Shown here one piece after another: positions 27,087-36,000 of a stretch of DNA of 64,000 nucleotides. A program made the position numbers and the translations under genes. The stretch is from IMG/VR virus record IMGVR_UViG_3300047160_018490, positions 13,903-77,902 of that record. One strand, given 5' to 3'. Under the pieces are notes generated by a model. The model made no database searches, was not told where the DNA came from, and saw nothing but the letters and a program-made list of their open reading frames with translations. The number at the start of each line of letters is the position of its first letter. Within the stretch, counting starts at the first letter, position 1. This DNA is from a virus. Taxonomy: Duplodnaviria; Caudoviricetes.

Positions 27087-27217
27087 ACCTCGGCAGCCCC
27101 TTCGTCCCTGAACTCCTGGGCCACCTCCTCTGCTACCTCCCTGGTAAGGAGCTTCATGAGGAGGCGGGGCTCCTCGTCATCAGGCTCCTGCCCCCAGACC
27201 TCGTACCAGGTGCTCAT
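27062..27217 (-). CDS. small acidic hypothetical protein
   Basis: Probable start MSTWYEV at 27217. Confidence 0.45.
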   Translation of the reverse strand: MSTWYEVWGQEPDDEEPRLLMKLLTREVAEEVAQEFRDEGAAEVCVKVTEE

Positions 27218-27400
27218 GGATTTCCCTCGATCAAGGGGAGGACACCCTTCCAGAACATCCAGGAGAACAGGAGGAACATGACGAGGAAGAGGAGAGAGAT
27301 CACGAGCACCCTCAGGCAACCGTTCCCCCTCCTGATCGTCTCGTGCATGGGGAACTTTGGCTTCTGTCTCATGGAGGTAACTACCCCCTAAGGCTCAGTG

Positions 27401-28117
27401 TCAGCCCCCGCATCCACCGCCACCGCAGGAACCACCCGAGCATCCCCCTCCGAAGCTCCCACATCCCCCGAAGGAAGGAGCGCAGCCACCATAGCCACAG
27501 CCTCCAAACGAGGGGGTGAAGGAGGGGTAGAAGGCTGGCGTAAAGGTGGGGACGTAGTAGGTGGGGGTGCAGCTAGAGCAGGAAGGGCAGGAAGGAGCTT
27601 CCAGGGCCTTCTTGATCTCAGGTCCCTGAGGGGCGCCTGGGAGGTCCGCTGCCCTCACAAGGCCACCATTACCATCCGAGACTCCAAGCACCACCCCAGG
27701 GGCGTAGGCACCAGGGTACGCCTTCACATGGACGTGCTCGTACTCCGGCATGCTCCTCTCCAGGGCGGCCTGACGCTTGTTGACCCAGATCACCAGGGGG
27801 ACGTGCCTCTCGACCGCACAGGCCATCGCGTCCTTGAAGTTCCGGTCGCGCGTGAGGGAAGGGCAGTTGGGATCTCCGCACTCCCCCGCCGTGCAGGTGC
27901 AGGAAGGACCACAGCGGCAGGAGAATGCCTTCGGGAAGGTCTTCAAGACCTCGGCAGGAAGAGTAGGTGCCTGTGGGGGCTTCATGGCTTGCGGGGGCAG
28001 CGTGACCTGCGGCAGCGTTCCCGCGGTGAGAGGAAAGGGCTCCACGGCGAGGACAAAGAGGCCAACGAGGAAGAGACAAAAGAAGGTCTTCAATGCTGTC
28101 TTCATGTTACCTCCCAA
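27401..28117 (-). CDS. exported Cys-rich protein with a Gly/Cys tail
   Basis: Signal peptide-like N-terminus, CRCGPSCTC..CGDPNC motif, and C-terminal GGCGYGGC...CGGGGCGG. Confidence 0.6.
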   Translation of the reverse strand: MGGNMKTALKTFFCLFLVGLFVLAVEPFPLTAGTLPQVTLPPQAMKPPQAPTLPAEVLKTFPKAFSCRCGPSCTCTAGECGDPNCPSLTRDRNFKDAMACAVERHVPLVIWVNKRQAALERSMPEYEHVHVKAYPGAYAPGVVLGVSDGNGGLVRAADLPGAPQGPEIKKALEAPSCPSCSSCTPTYYVPTFTPAFYPSFTPSFGGCGYGGCAPSFGGCGSFGGGCSGGSCGGGGCGG

Positions 28118-28279
28118 CGAAGCTGGTAAGGGCAGGACGAGAGGGGTGTGGTGGGTAGTCAGCCCTTTCGCGCACTTTGAAGAGTTGTTCCCACATTCGG
28201 TAAGCGTGACGTACCCGCGACAGGGGGCTCACTCCCTCTGGGGGACGTACTGCTTTCAGGATCTCGCGGCAGTGGCTAC

Positions 28280-29083
28280 TCATGCAGCACTCGCAGTCAC
28301 AGAGATGCAGGCCCAGGCGTCATCCGCGATGAACTTTCTCCACTCCAGGGATCCCATGCCATTTGCACTCCATTTATCTCCCCAGGAGTTCCAGATGCGC
28401 CCCGTCTTCCCAATCTCGACCACATCGACCGCGCATACGGAGTGTGACCACCAGTTATAGTCTACCACAAGGGGCCAGCCCAGGAGCAGGCAGGAGACCA
28501 TCTGCTCTTCCATCTGGGAGGAATCGAGCTGGACCCAGGAAACGTACTTGTGCTTCGCAGCGTTGGCCCAGGTCTGCGGGTTGTCGTTGCTGCGCGAGGC
28601 GCTCTGCTGAGGCCAGAACTGGCTGGTGGGGCATCCCCTCTCCTGCTGGAACTGGATGCCGTCGATGCCGTTCCCACCCTCATCTCTGTAATCTTTGATG
28701 ATGCAGGCCACCGCGTAGGCAGAGAGGTCAGCGTAAGGATCTCCGTCTACAGCCCTGCGGACCAGATGTGCAGACACTCCTGAATGCGCCCAGCAGTACC
28801 CTCTACCATTCTGGTCACGGCTGGGGATGGGCTGGCCGAACATGCCCCTGTTGCGGACATCGGAGAGCAGGCTCTTGCTGGCCACCAGAGCATCCAGACG
28901 AGCCTGCCACTCTCCCTTGGGGATGATGGGGAGGGCCAGCTCCCTATAAGTGCGCATCCCTGTGGGAATGCTTCTGTCCCTGGGAATGAGGCCATGACGC
29001 TGCCTTACACCATCCACTACGGGATTGAAGTGGTCCCGGAAATTGGCGCTGGTGATGAGGACTTCATTGGGCAGGAGCGGCAT
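28280..29083 (-). CDS. papain-like (C1A) cysteine peptidase
   Basis: Oxyanion Gln and catalytic Cys in DQNGRGYCWAHS, His in WSHSVC, Asn in RIWNSWG. Confidence 0.88.
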   Translation of the reverse strand: MPLLPNEVLITSANFRDHFNPVVDGVRQRHGLIPRDRSIPTGMRTYRELALPIIPKGEWQARLDALVASKSLLSDVRNRGMFGQPIPSRDQNGRGYCWAHSGVSAHLVRRAVDGDPYADLSAYAVACIIKDYRDEGGNGIDGIQFQQERGCPTSQFWPQQSASRSNDNPQTWANAAKHKYVSWVQLDSSQMEEQMVSCLLLGWPLVVDYNWWSHSVCAVDVVEIGKTGRIWNSWGDKWSANGMGSLEWRKFIADDAWACISVTASAA

Positions 29084-29273
29084 CGTGGACCTCCATCACT
29101 TCGATCTTGTAGACCTTGCCAATCTCGAAACGCCGCACCGTCACGTCCGGACCTCGTATGGAAACCCAGCCCAGGATTCCATCTGTCCTCTCCAGTTGCA
29201 CCGTAGGACCGTAGTCCTCTGGCCGCCTGGAGATGGCCACACAGAGGTAGGTGGTGAGCAGGGCGCCGTCCAT
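29064..29273 (-). CDS. small hypothetical protein
   Basis: 69 aa ORF between co-directional genes. Confidence 0.4.
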   Translation of the reverse strand: MDGALLTTYLCVAISRRPEDYGPTVQLERTDGILGWVSIRGPDVTVRRFEIGKVYKIEVMEVHDAAPAQ

Positions 29274-29277
29274 ACTC

Positions 29278-29526
29278 TCAGCCTACAGGCTCCTTCCTCT
29301 CCTCTGTAGGGGCGCACCTCTCACTTGTCTCAGGAGGGGGCTTTTCCCCGGGGGGAGGAGAGTAGGGAGTAGGAGGGAGCATAAGCTGGGCTGCAGCCTC
29401 TGCTGCCATGTCGGCAACAATACGCAGCTTCGGGTGGGGTGTAGGCTGAGGCTCGGCTGCGATGGCCTCGATCTGACCAAACACTCTACGGGCATACTCA
29501 ACCTGCTGGTAGACGTTCACGATCAA
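29278..29526 (-). CDS. small hypothetical protein
   Basis: 82 aa ORF with TGAT overlap to the upstream gene. Confidence 0.45.
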   Translation of the reverse strand: MIVNVYQQVEYARRVFGQIEAIAAEPQPTPHPKLRIVADMAAEAAAQLMLPPTPYSPPPGEKPPPETSERCAPTEERKEPVG

Positions 29527-30308
29527 CCCCCCGTGTACTTGGCCAGGAGCGTGAGGGTGTCCTGAGTGTTTGCAGGCAGGACTCCTGAATAGGCCACCTT
29601 GCCATCCTTGGTGGCCAGGACAATCCAGGGCAGAGAGGTGTGGGGCGTCTTGACCAGGGCTTTCCAGAAATCGGTTTCAGCAGAGACATCTACCCCCGCG
29701 TCCCAGATCCTCCAGAGGTGCGTCTTCCCATCGGCATCCAGGGTGGTGTGCCCATCCAGGAAGGTGCGCACGCTCTGGGCATAGAGGATGTCATGCTGAG
29801 GCTGGGGGAGAATTCCCAGGGTGGCGCTATCAAAGAGGATGAGGGCGCCATCGGCCTTCGTGGGAGTAGGCGGCGTGGGGGGTACAGGAGGCACCGGAGG
29901 AGTGGGTGGTGCAGGGGGAGGAGGCGTCCCTACCACCACGTTCGTGACTGCCCGGAGGACGACATCTCCCTGGGCGGCGAAGGCTTCCAGGCGGTACTTC
30001 CCCTCTGTATCAGAGGTGATGAGGACGCTGTTGGGCTTCTTGAGGACCACGTCATCGATGATCTGGAGGTTGTCATCGAGGCTGACCCACTGCACGTTCT
30101 TCGCTGTGGTGGTGGCCGTGACGACGACGTACTTCCCTGCCTTGCACTTCACCTCCGCGGGCAAGGTTAGAGAGGGTGCAGGAGGTGGAGGTGGGGTAGG
30201 GTCCTTGTCCGCGAAGGCAGAGGCGGGTGGCAGCGTCATGAGTCCCAGACCCACCCCTGTGAAGAGGGACAGGAATACCAGGGTCAGGGTGGTGACGAGC
30301 TTTCTCAT
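29523..30308 (-). CDS. membrane-anchored/exported protein: Ig-like domain, Pro-rich linker, C-terminal alpha/beta domain
   Basis: N-terminal TM, TPPPPAPPTPPVPPVPPTPPTPT linker, and SLPWIVL...YSGVLP C-terminus. Confidence 0.65.
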   Translation of the reverse strand: MRKLVTTLTLVFLSLFTGVGLGLMTLPPASAFADKDPTPPPPPAPSLTLPAEVKCKAGKYVVVTATTTAKNVQWVSLDDNLQIIDDVVLKKPNSVLITSDTEGKYRLEAFAAQGDVVLRAVTNVVVGTPPPPAPPTPPVPPVPPTPPTPTKADGALILFDSATLGILPQPQHDILYAQSVRTFLDGHTTLDADGKTHLWRIWDAGVDVSAETDFWKALVKTPHTSLPWIVLATKDGKVAYSGVLPANTQDTLTLLAKYTGG

Positions 30309-30748
30309 GTTGCTCCTTTCATATTTGGAGAGGGAGACGGCGGCGAGGGGGGAGGAGGTGTTTTGCCCTCGATGAGACGAGATAGCCTATCCAGCTCTCC
30401 ATCACAGTGCCTGCTAATCTCTACCGTCACGGCCCGAAACTCGGCGGCGAGGCCCTTGACGGCTTCACGATGATCTGAAGAGAGCTGAGAGATGGCTGCC
30501 CATTTATGTTCAAGGAGAATGGCGAGCTGCTTATCCTTGTCAGCGAGGATTTTGTCCTTGTCCGCGATGAGGGCTTGCAACATCCTGTCATTGGCTGGCA
30601 GCCTCACATAACAGAGCCAGGCGAGCACCGCTCCGAGGAGGCCAGTGCCGACCCAACCAGCACCCCCTGCCAAACTCTCCGCAACGTCCGCGGCGAGGAC
30701 AAGGGGCATGGCGACCAATATAGCTACAGGGATGGTAGCTTGCAACAT
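30305..30748 (-). CDS. membrane protein with a C-terminal coiled coil (holin-like)
   Basis: Two N-terminal hydrophobic segments (WVGTGLLGAVLAWL) followed by heptads. Confidence 0.5.
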   Translation of the reverse strand: MLQATIPVAILVAMPLVLAADVAESLAGGAGWVGTGLLGAVLAWLCYVRLPANDRMLQALIADKDKILADKDKQLAILLEHKWAAISQLSSDHREAVKGLAAEFRAVTVEISRHCDGELDRLSRLIEGKTPPPPSPPSPSPNMKGAT

Positions 30749-30751
30749 CTA

Positions 30752-31093
30752 TCAGGGTTTGGATGGCCACCGCGTATCAAGCATCAACTGAATGTCCTTG
30801 CAGACCCCCTCGATGCGAGTTTGCAGACCCCAGTGCTTCTCCCTCGCCTCCTTGAAATCTAGCCCCAGGGCCTCCAGCTTGTCAGTGATATCCGTGTGGA
30901 CTAACCTACCCTCCAGCAGCTCGCTGTTCATTCGCTGCTGGTTTGTTTCGATCTGCCTGAGCTGGCAGGCTATAGTAATGAAACCACCTGATGCTGTGAG
31001 GAGGCAGCAGAAGATTCCTCCCACCACGAAGTACGCAAGGGGAGTATCCTTCGGTTCCAGGACCGCTACGGCGAGGACCGCCATGCAGGTCAA
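30752..31093 (-). CDS. membrane protein with a coiled coil (holin/anti-holin-like)
   Basis: YFVVGGIFCCLLTASGGFITIA TM segment followed by heptads. Confidence 0.45.
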   Translation of the reverse strand: MTCMAVLAVAVLEPKDTPLAYFVVGGIFCCLLTASGGFITIACQLRQIETNQQRMNSELLEGRLVHTDITDKLEALGLDFKEAREKHWGLQTRIEGVCKDIQLMLDTRWPSKP

Positions 31094-31134
31094 AAACCCA
31101 GAAACGATCAGCCCAAAGCCTGCAAGGTTGTAGT

Positions 31135-33075
31135 TCAGGCTCTTCCCCCTGTGACTTGCATGATCTTCCTCCCCAGGGCCTGGATACGGGCGAGGACTTC
31201 AGGGGCGATCCTTCCCTTCACGGGGCGCCTCCGAGGAAGTGCTCTCCTTCCTGTACCCTTGCAGATGCGGCAGCCAGCTCCCTTGCAGGTGGCGCACTTG
31301 TCCATCTCGCCATCCCCTTCTTCCATGTCCTTCACCTCCTCAGCGAGGTTGGCAGGAGAGGGGCGCCTCTCCCTGGGGTTCATGAGGCCACCAGAGGGCC
31401 ACCCAGGGATGACATCCTTCAGCTCCTCGGGGTTGCCCTCATCTTGCAAGTTTACCCCCGCGCCCATCCCCTGGCGGAGAGCAGCCTCTCCTGGGTCTTC
31501 CAGGTTCTCGCCAGCGCCCATGCCTTGCCTCAGGAGGGCCTCTCCCGGGTTCTGGAGGTGCTCTACCTCCTTCAGCTCATCCGGGTTGCCTTCGTCCTCC
31601 AGGTGGGCTCCTGCACCCATTCCCTGCCTCAGGGCGGCCTCTCCTGGATCGGGGAGGTTCACGCCTGCCCCCTCTCCCTGGCGAAGGGCGGCCTCACCAG
31701 GGTCTTGCAGATGGGCATCCTGCCGGTCTTCGAGGTCCTTGGGGCGCCCTCTGGCTGGAGCGCCACGAGGGGGGGTCTGCCGCATGGGGACTCCTGGGCC
31801 CTTCTGCCTGATGAGGTAGGGCCGCCCATCCTTTCCCCAGCGAATCCTGTGCTTGAGGATGAACCATTGCAGCGTCTTGGGGTTCTGGTAGCGCTCCAGG
31901 ATCTCGTCATCGTCCTCGCTGCCAGGGGCTTCTCCAGCTCCACCTCCTGCGCCACCACCAGGAGGCTGATGCCCTTCCAGAGCTTCCTCTTCAGGAGTCT
32001 CCTCCCCTGCGAAAGGCTGGGCGTCACCGTGACCTCCCTCTCCCTGGTTGGTATCGAGGTCGCTGCTTCCAGGGGGCGCTGCACTTCCCTGTCCTTCAGG
32101 AGTATCTCTTCCTCTCTCCAGCTCCTCGATGGCTGCTCTCTCGATGGCCTCCAGCTCGGCCATCTGCTGCGGGTCCAGGTTACCTGCACCTGCCGCTCCC
32201 TGATCTTCTCCGCCCTGCACCACGCCATCCTGCTCACCAGGAGGAATTTCTGGCTGCCTCCCCGAGATGCCGAGGTCACCAGGAGGGATCTCTCCCTCCT
32301 CCACGCTGCCTTCTTCCCCTGGGTGGGCCTCATGGCCACCCTTCTCAGGATCGACCTCCAGGGCCTTGGAATACTTGCGCGTGTACCCCTTCTTGGCCTC
32401 TCCTCCAGGGGCGCCGATGCCGTGATGTTCAGAGAGGAGATTGCGCAGATGCTGCATGATGCCAGGGAGCTTGTCTACCCCCAGCTTCTGAAGCTCCTGA
32501 GCGATCTTGGGGTGATCCATCATCGGCAGGATATCCCGGATGTAGTCCACTCCTGTACCCAGGTGGTCGTGCAGGTCTCTGAGGACTCGCGCACTCTGCT
32601 TTACAGGAGTGGAGTCCCCTTTTCCTCCCTGAGAGGGGGTTCCTCCCCGGGGGGAAGGAGGGGTAGAAGGAGCAGGGCCCTTGATCTCATCTGGGGAGCC
32701 TACAGCCTTACCGCGGGTTCTGGTGGTCATCTGCTTGCCCTCTCTTACATTCCGGCCGAAGTGCATCAGTTCATGAGGCTCTGCGGTTGTCTCGTCACCC
32801 CACTCATCCCAGGAGCTGCGACGGCGGTTGTAGTGCGTCCTTATCTTGATACCACCTTCATGGGGCGGAACGCTATAGACTTCTCCGTACTCACCCCTGT
32901 AAGGGTGGTTTGTACCATAGCGGATATAGACTACATCTTCAGGGTTAAATTCTTGCCCCCCTGCTTCCTCTTCCTCCGGCTGCTTCTCCTGCTCGGGAGG
33001 CCACCTCTCCTCAGGGACCAGGTAACCTCCTGCGGCTCCTGAACTTTCATTGAGGGCCATCTTATTCTTCTCCAT
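31135..33075 (-). CDS. acidic, low-complexity scaffold/core-like head protein
   Basis: Start at ATG 33075 (MEKNK) or 33060 (MALNE). Begins with ALNESSGAAGGYLVP, and has DPGEAALRQG repeats, CxxCxGxGCxxCxGxG and a C-terminal amphipathic helix. Confidence 0.75.
   Translation of the reverse strand: MEKNKMALNESSGAAGGYLVPEERWPPEQEKQPEEEEAGGQEFNPEDVVYIRYGTNHPYRGEYGEVYSVPPHEGGIKIRTHYNRRRSSWDEWGDETTAEPHELMHFGRNVREGKQMTTRTRGKAVGSPDEIKGPAPSTPPSPRGGTPSQGGKGDSTPVKQSARVLRDLHDHLGTGVDYIRDILPMMDHPKIAQELQKLGVDKLPGIMQHLRNLLSEHHGIGAPGGEAKKGYTRKYSKALEVDPEKGGHEAHPGEEGSVEEGEIPPGDLGISGRQPEIPPGEQDGVVQGGEDQGAAGAGNLDPQQMAELEAIERAAIEELERGRDTPEGQGSAAPPGSSDLDTNQGEGGHGDAQPFAGEETPEEEALEGHQPPGGGAGGGAGEAPGSEDDDEILERYQNPKTLQWFILKHRIRWGKDGRPYLIRQKGPGVPMRQTPPRGAPARGRPKDLEDRQDAHLQDPGEAALRQGEGAGVNLPDPGEAALRQGMGAGAHLEDEGNPDELKEVEHLQNPGEALLRQGMGAGENLEDPGEAALRQGMGAGVNLQDEGNPEELKDVIPGWPSGGLMNPRERRPSPANLAEEVKDMEEGDGEMDKCATCKGAGCRICKGTGRRALPRRRPVKGRIAPEVLARIQALGRKIMQVTGGRA
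31411..31722 (-). repeat. intragenic repeat (A-A-B)x2
   Basis: A = (D/N)PGEA(A/L)LRQG(M/E)GAG, four copies; B = DEGNP(D/E)ELK, two copies. Confidence 0.85.
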
Positions 33076-36000
33076 AAAGATACCCATGAGGCAGGTGCTC
33101 ATAGAATGCAGCAATACTAGTCCTTGCCTCCTGGGTCAACTCATGCCAGGGGCGAGGGTAATTAGGATGGTTGGGGTCCTGAATGGGGTGGGCAGCCCTC
33201 GCGTTCTCCCAGCGAGTCATGGGATCTGGCTCGGCGTCGTTATGATATTCCTCTTCTGGCTGCTTCTCTACATCCCCTTCTAGAGCGTTCTCCTCCTCCT
33301 CTCCTCCCTCACCGAAAAGGGCGCCATGAGGTAGATGAGAGTAGAGGTCTGCTATGTGCCCTCTCTCACCTTGAGGCATCCTGTCCCAGGCAGCTCCGGG
33401 ACCAATCTCTGGGTAATGCTCGGCCAGGTACTCACTGGCTCTTCCATACCTCTCCGAGGGGTCGTTGTAGGGAGTCTCCGCGGGGAGGTGTTCTTCCTCC
33501 TCTTCTCCCTCTGCCTTCTCCCACTCCTCCCAGTAGGGATCTACCTTCTCCCCGGGGGAAGAGGAAGGAGGATGTTCCCACTCCTCCCAGTAGGGCTCGG
33601 AAGTAGGAGGCTTGGGGTTTCTGGCGTCATGCTCCCACGCCTCGTAGTAGGGATCGTGGGCGGCCTTCTCCTCCTCTTCTGGCTCTACCGTATGTTCAGA
33701 AGGATGAGGCCCTGGGTCGCCTACCATCTGGAAATACTGGCGGTTGGATTGTCTCTCTCCCTGAGACAAACCTTCCCAGGGAGTAAGAGGATGTTGAGGA
33801 TGCTGCTCTTCCCAGTAGCGCCTGTGAGACTCCCACCTCTCTTCAGGAGACCTGGGAGGGGGGTTAGAAGACTGCTTCTCCTCGTCTTCCACTCCCTCGT
33901 AGTATTCCTCACGCTCAAACGGCCCTGGGGTATGCTCCTCCCATTCGGGGTATTCCTCGTCCTCTGAGGCTTCAGAATGGTGCCTGGGGGTTGGTAGAGG
34001 GTGTCTGCAGCCTTCATGGTATCCCTGAGACATCTCGCTCCAGGTGGGGCGCACATGGACCCCTGGATTCAGCGCCTCCCGGTCTATGTCATGACGCCTG
34101 TGAGTTTCCCATACCTCATCCGGGGTGATACTGGCTTTTCCCTCCTCCAGAAATCTCTCATGCTCGCCTGGTTGATATTCCTCCCACTCAGGATACTCCA
34201 GGTGAGAGGGGTGTTCGGAGTGGTGGGCGGGTTCTGGATGAAAACCAGTCTCCGGGCTAACCCCTTGCAGGACATCTCTACCAGTTTGGGAAATTTCCTC
34301 CCAGGGCTCGCGGGGGCCGAAGTAGCCTATAGGATGGCGTCTTCGGAAGGATTCATACCAGTCATCGAGAGAACGGGGTGCCTTCTCCTCCTCAAAGTCC
34401 GAGACTACAGTAGCCTCCGCCCTGTGAGGACCCTCGTCCTCCTCGTGCGCGTACCTTGTAGCCTGACGGTCGCGGGTAGACTGCGAGAGTCCTTCCCAGG
34501 GCCTACCCTCTGACCCAGTCCTTCCATACCTCTCCTGGCTCTGATGGCGGGAGGTCTGGTAGCGCTCATCAGGAGTGCGGGGAGCTTTCTCTTCCTCTTC
34601 AGGGTATGCCCACTCAGGAGGCTCATTCTCTCCCAGAGGGCTTCCCCTCTCCCCTTCTCCTTCTTCCTCTTCTGGGGGGGTGTCCTCATCGTAGGGGTCC
34701 ACGTAGCCAGTATGCTGTCTCAGTCCAGCGTAATAGTCCCGCAAGTTTTGGTTGAGGTCACGCCAGTGGAGGCCGGTGGTTCCCCTTCTCCTGGCAGATT
34801 CCCACGCCTCGTCATGGGATCGGGGAGCTTTCTCTTCCTCAAGTGGCTCCCACTCAGGGTACTCCTGAATTTCGCTTTGCTCTGAGGGGTGGAAGCCAGG
34901 GTCCCTTACCATACCAGGCACGAGATCCCTCTGACCCTGGGTGAGATTCTCCCATTTTCTACCGCTGCCACTGCCTCTATCCTCTCTATATCTCCTCTCA
35001 GACTCCCACACCTCATCAGGAGCACGGCGGAAGGGCTGGCCTTCTTCCTTCCTCCTCTCCAGCCTCGCCTTCAGCCTCCTGTATTGCGGAGCTACCTTCT
35101 CCCCGATACCAGGTATCTGCTCGTTGATGCCAGGGCGAATATGAGCGGGAGGGCGAAGAGGAGCATCCTCTGCCTCGTTGATGGTCCTACCACGATTAAG
35201 CTCATCAGCATGTGCCTGAGCCTCCGCAAGAGTGTCGTGGTCCCCAGCGGAGCCAAAGAAGTAGGGGTGTTCCGGGTCAAATGTCCCCTCGGGGCCGAAG
35301 TGGGGGTGGAACTCGGTGGGGTAGACTCCATATCTCCCTGGCTGCTCGTGGTGTGGGCGAGCTTCATAGTAGGGGGCGCCTGGGTTGGCTGTAATGGCAG
35401 GATTCCCCTCTGGCTGCTTCTGTACCCCCTTCTCTGCGTCCAGCCTCCTGTAGCCAGCAGAGTGGGCCAGTTGGTAGTGCATGTCCCCAATCCAGTCATT
35501 GGCCTCATCAATGTTTTGGGCAACGAAGACGGGATCATGGGTCATCCCTGCTGGGTGCTGGGGAGAGCGGTGGACATCAAAGGTGCCTGGCTCATCCTCT
35601 CTCTCTACCATGTGATACCAGGTCGCCGGCCTGCCTGTGCGGAGGTCGTGGATGGCCTTCCCCTCGATGCCAGGGAGCTGCTCATTCCTCGCCGGTCTGT
35701 TCTGGACCCCTCTTCCACGCCTGGCCCTCGCAGTCCCTGTCATCGTGGCCCACATTCCCTCCTGGAGCCTCCGGGCATGGGCATGGGCCTCCTCGGCAGT
35801 CTGATGCGGTGGGAGCGGGTTCTGCGGGTTTTCTATGTTACGGCGAAGAGGATGGTGCTCGGAGGGGGTGACAGCATGAGCCCCTTCCTCAGTGGGCTCA
35901 ACATCCCAGTAAGGGTGCCCAGGGTTGGCCGTTACTACCGCGCCCTGCTCCTCCTCTCCTTCCACCTTGGGGGCCTTTTCCACCCCTTCTTCCAGAGCGT

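Noticed and set aside
31156-33042. Long plus-strand ORFs opposite the structural genes (for example 31156-33042, 17009-18256, 21076-22347, 47320-48645)
   Set aside because: These are antisense shadows of GC-rich minus-strand genes, with no motifs or RBS and low-complexity Leu/Pro/Ser translations.
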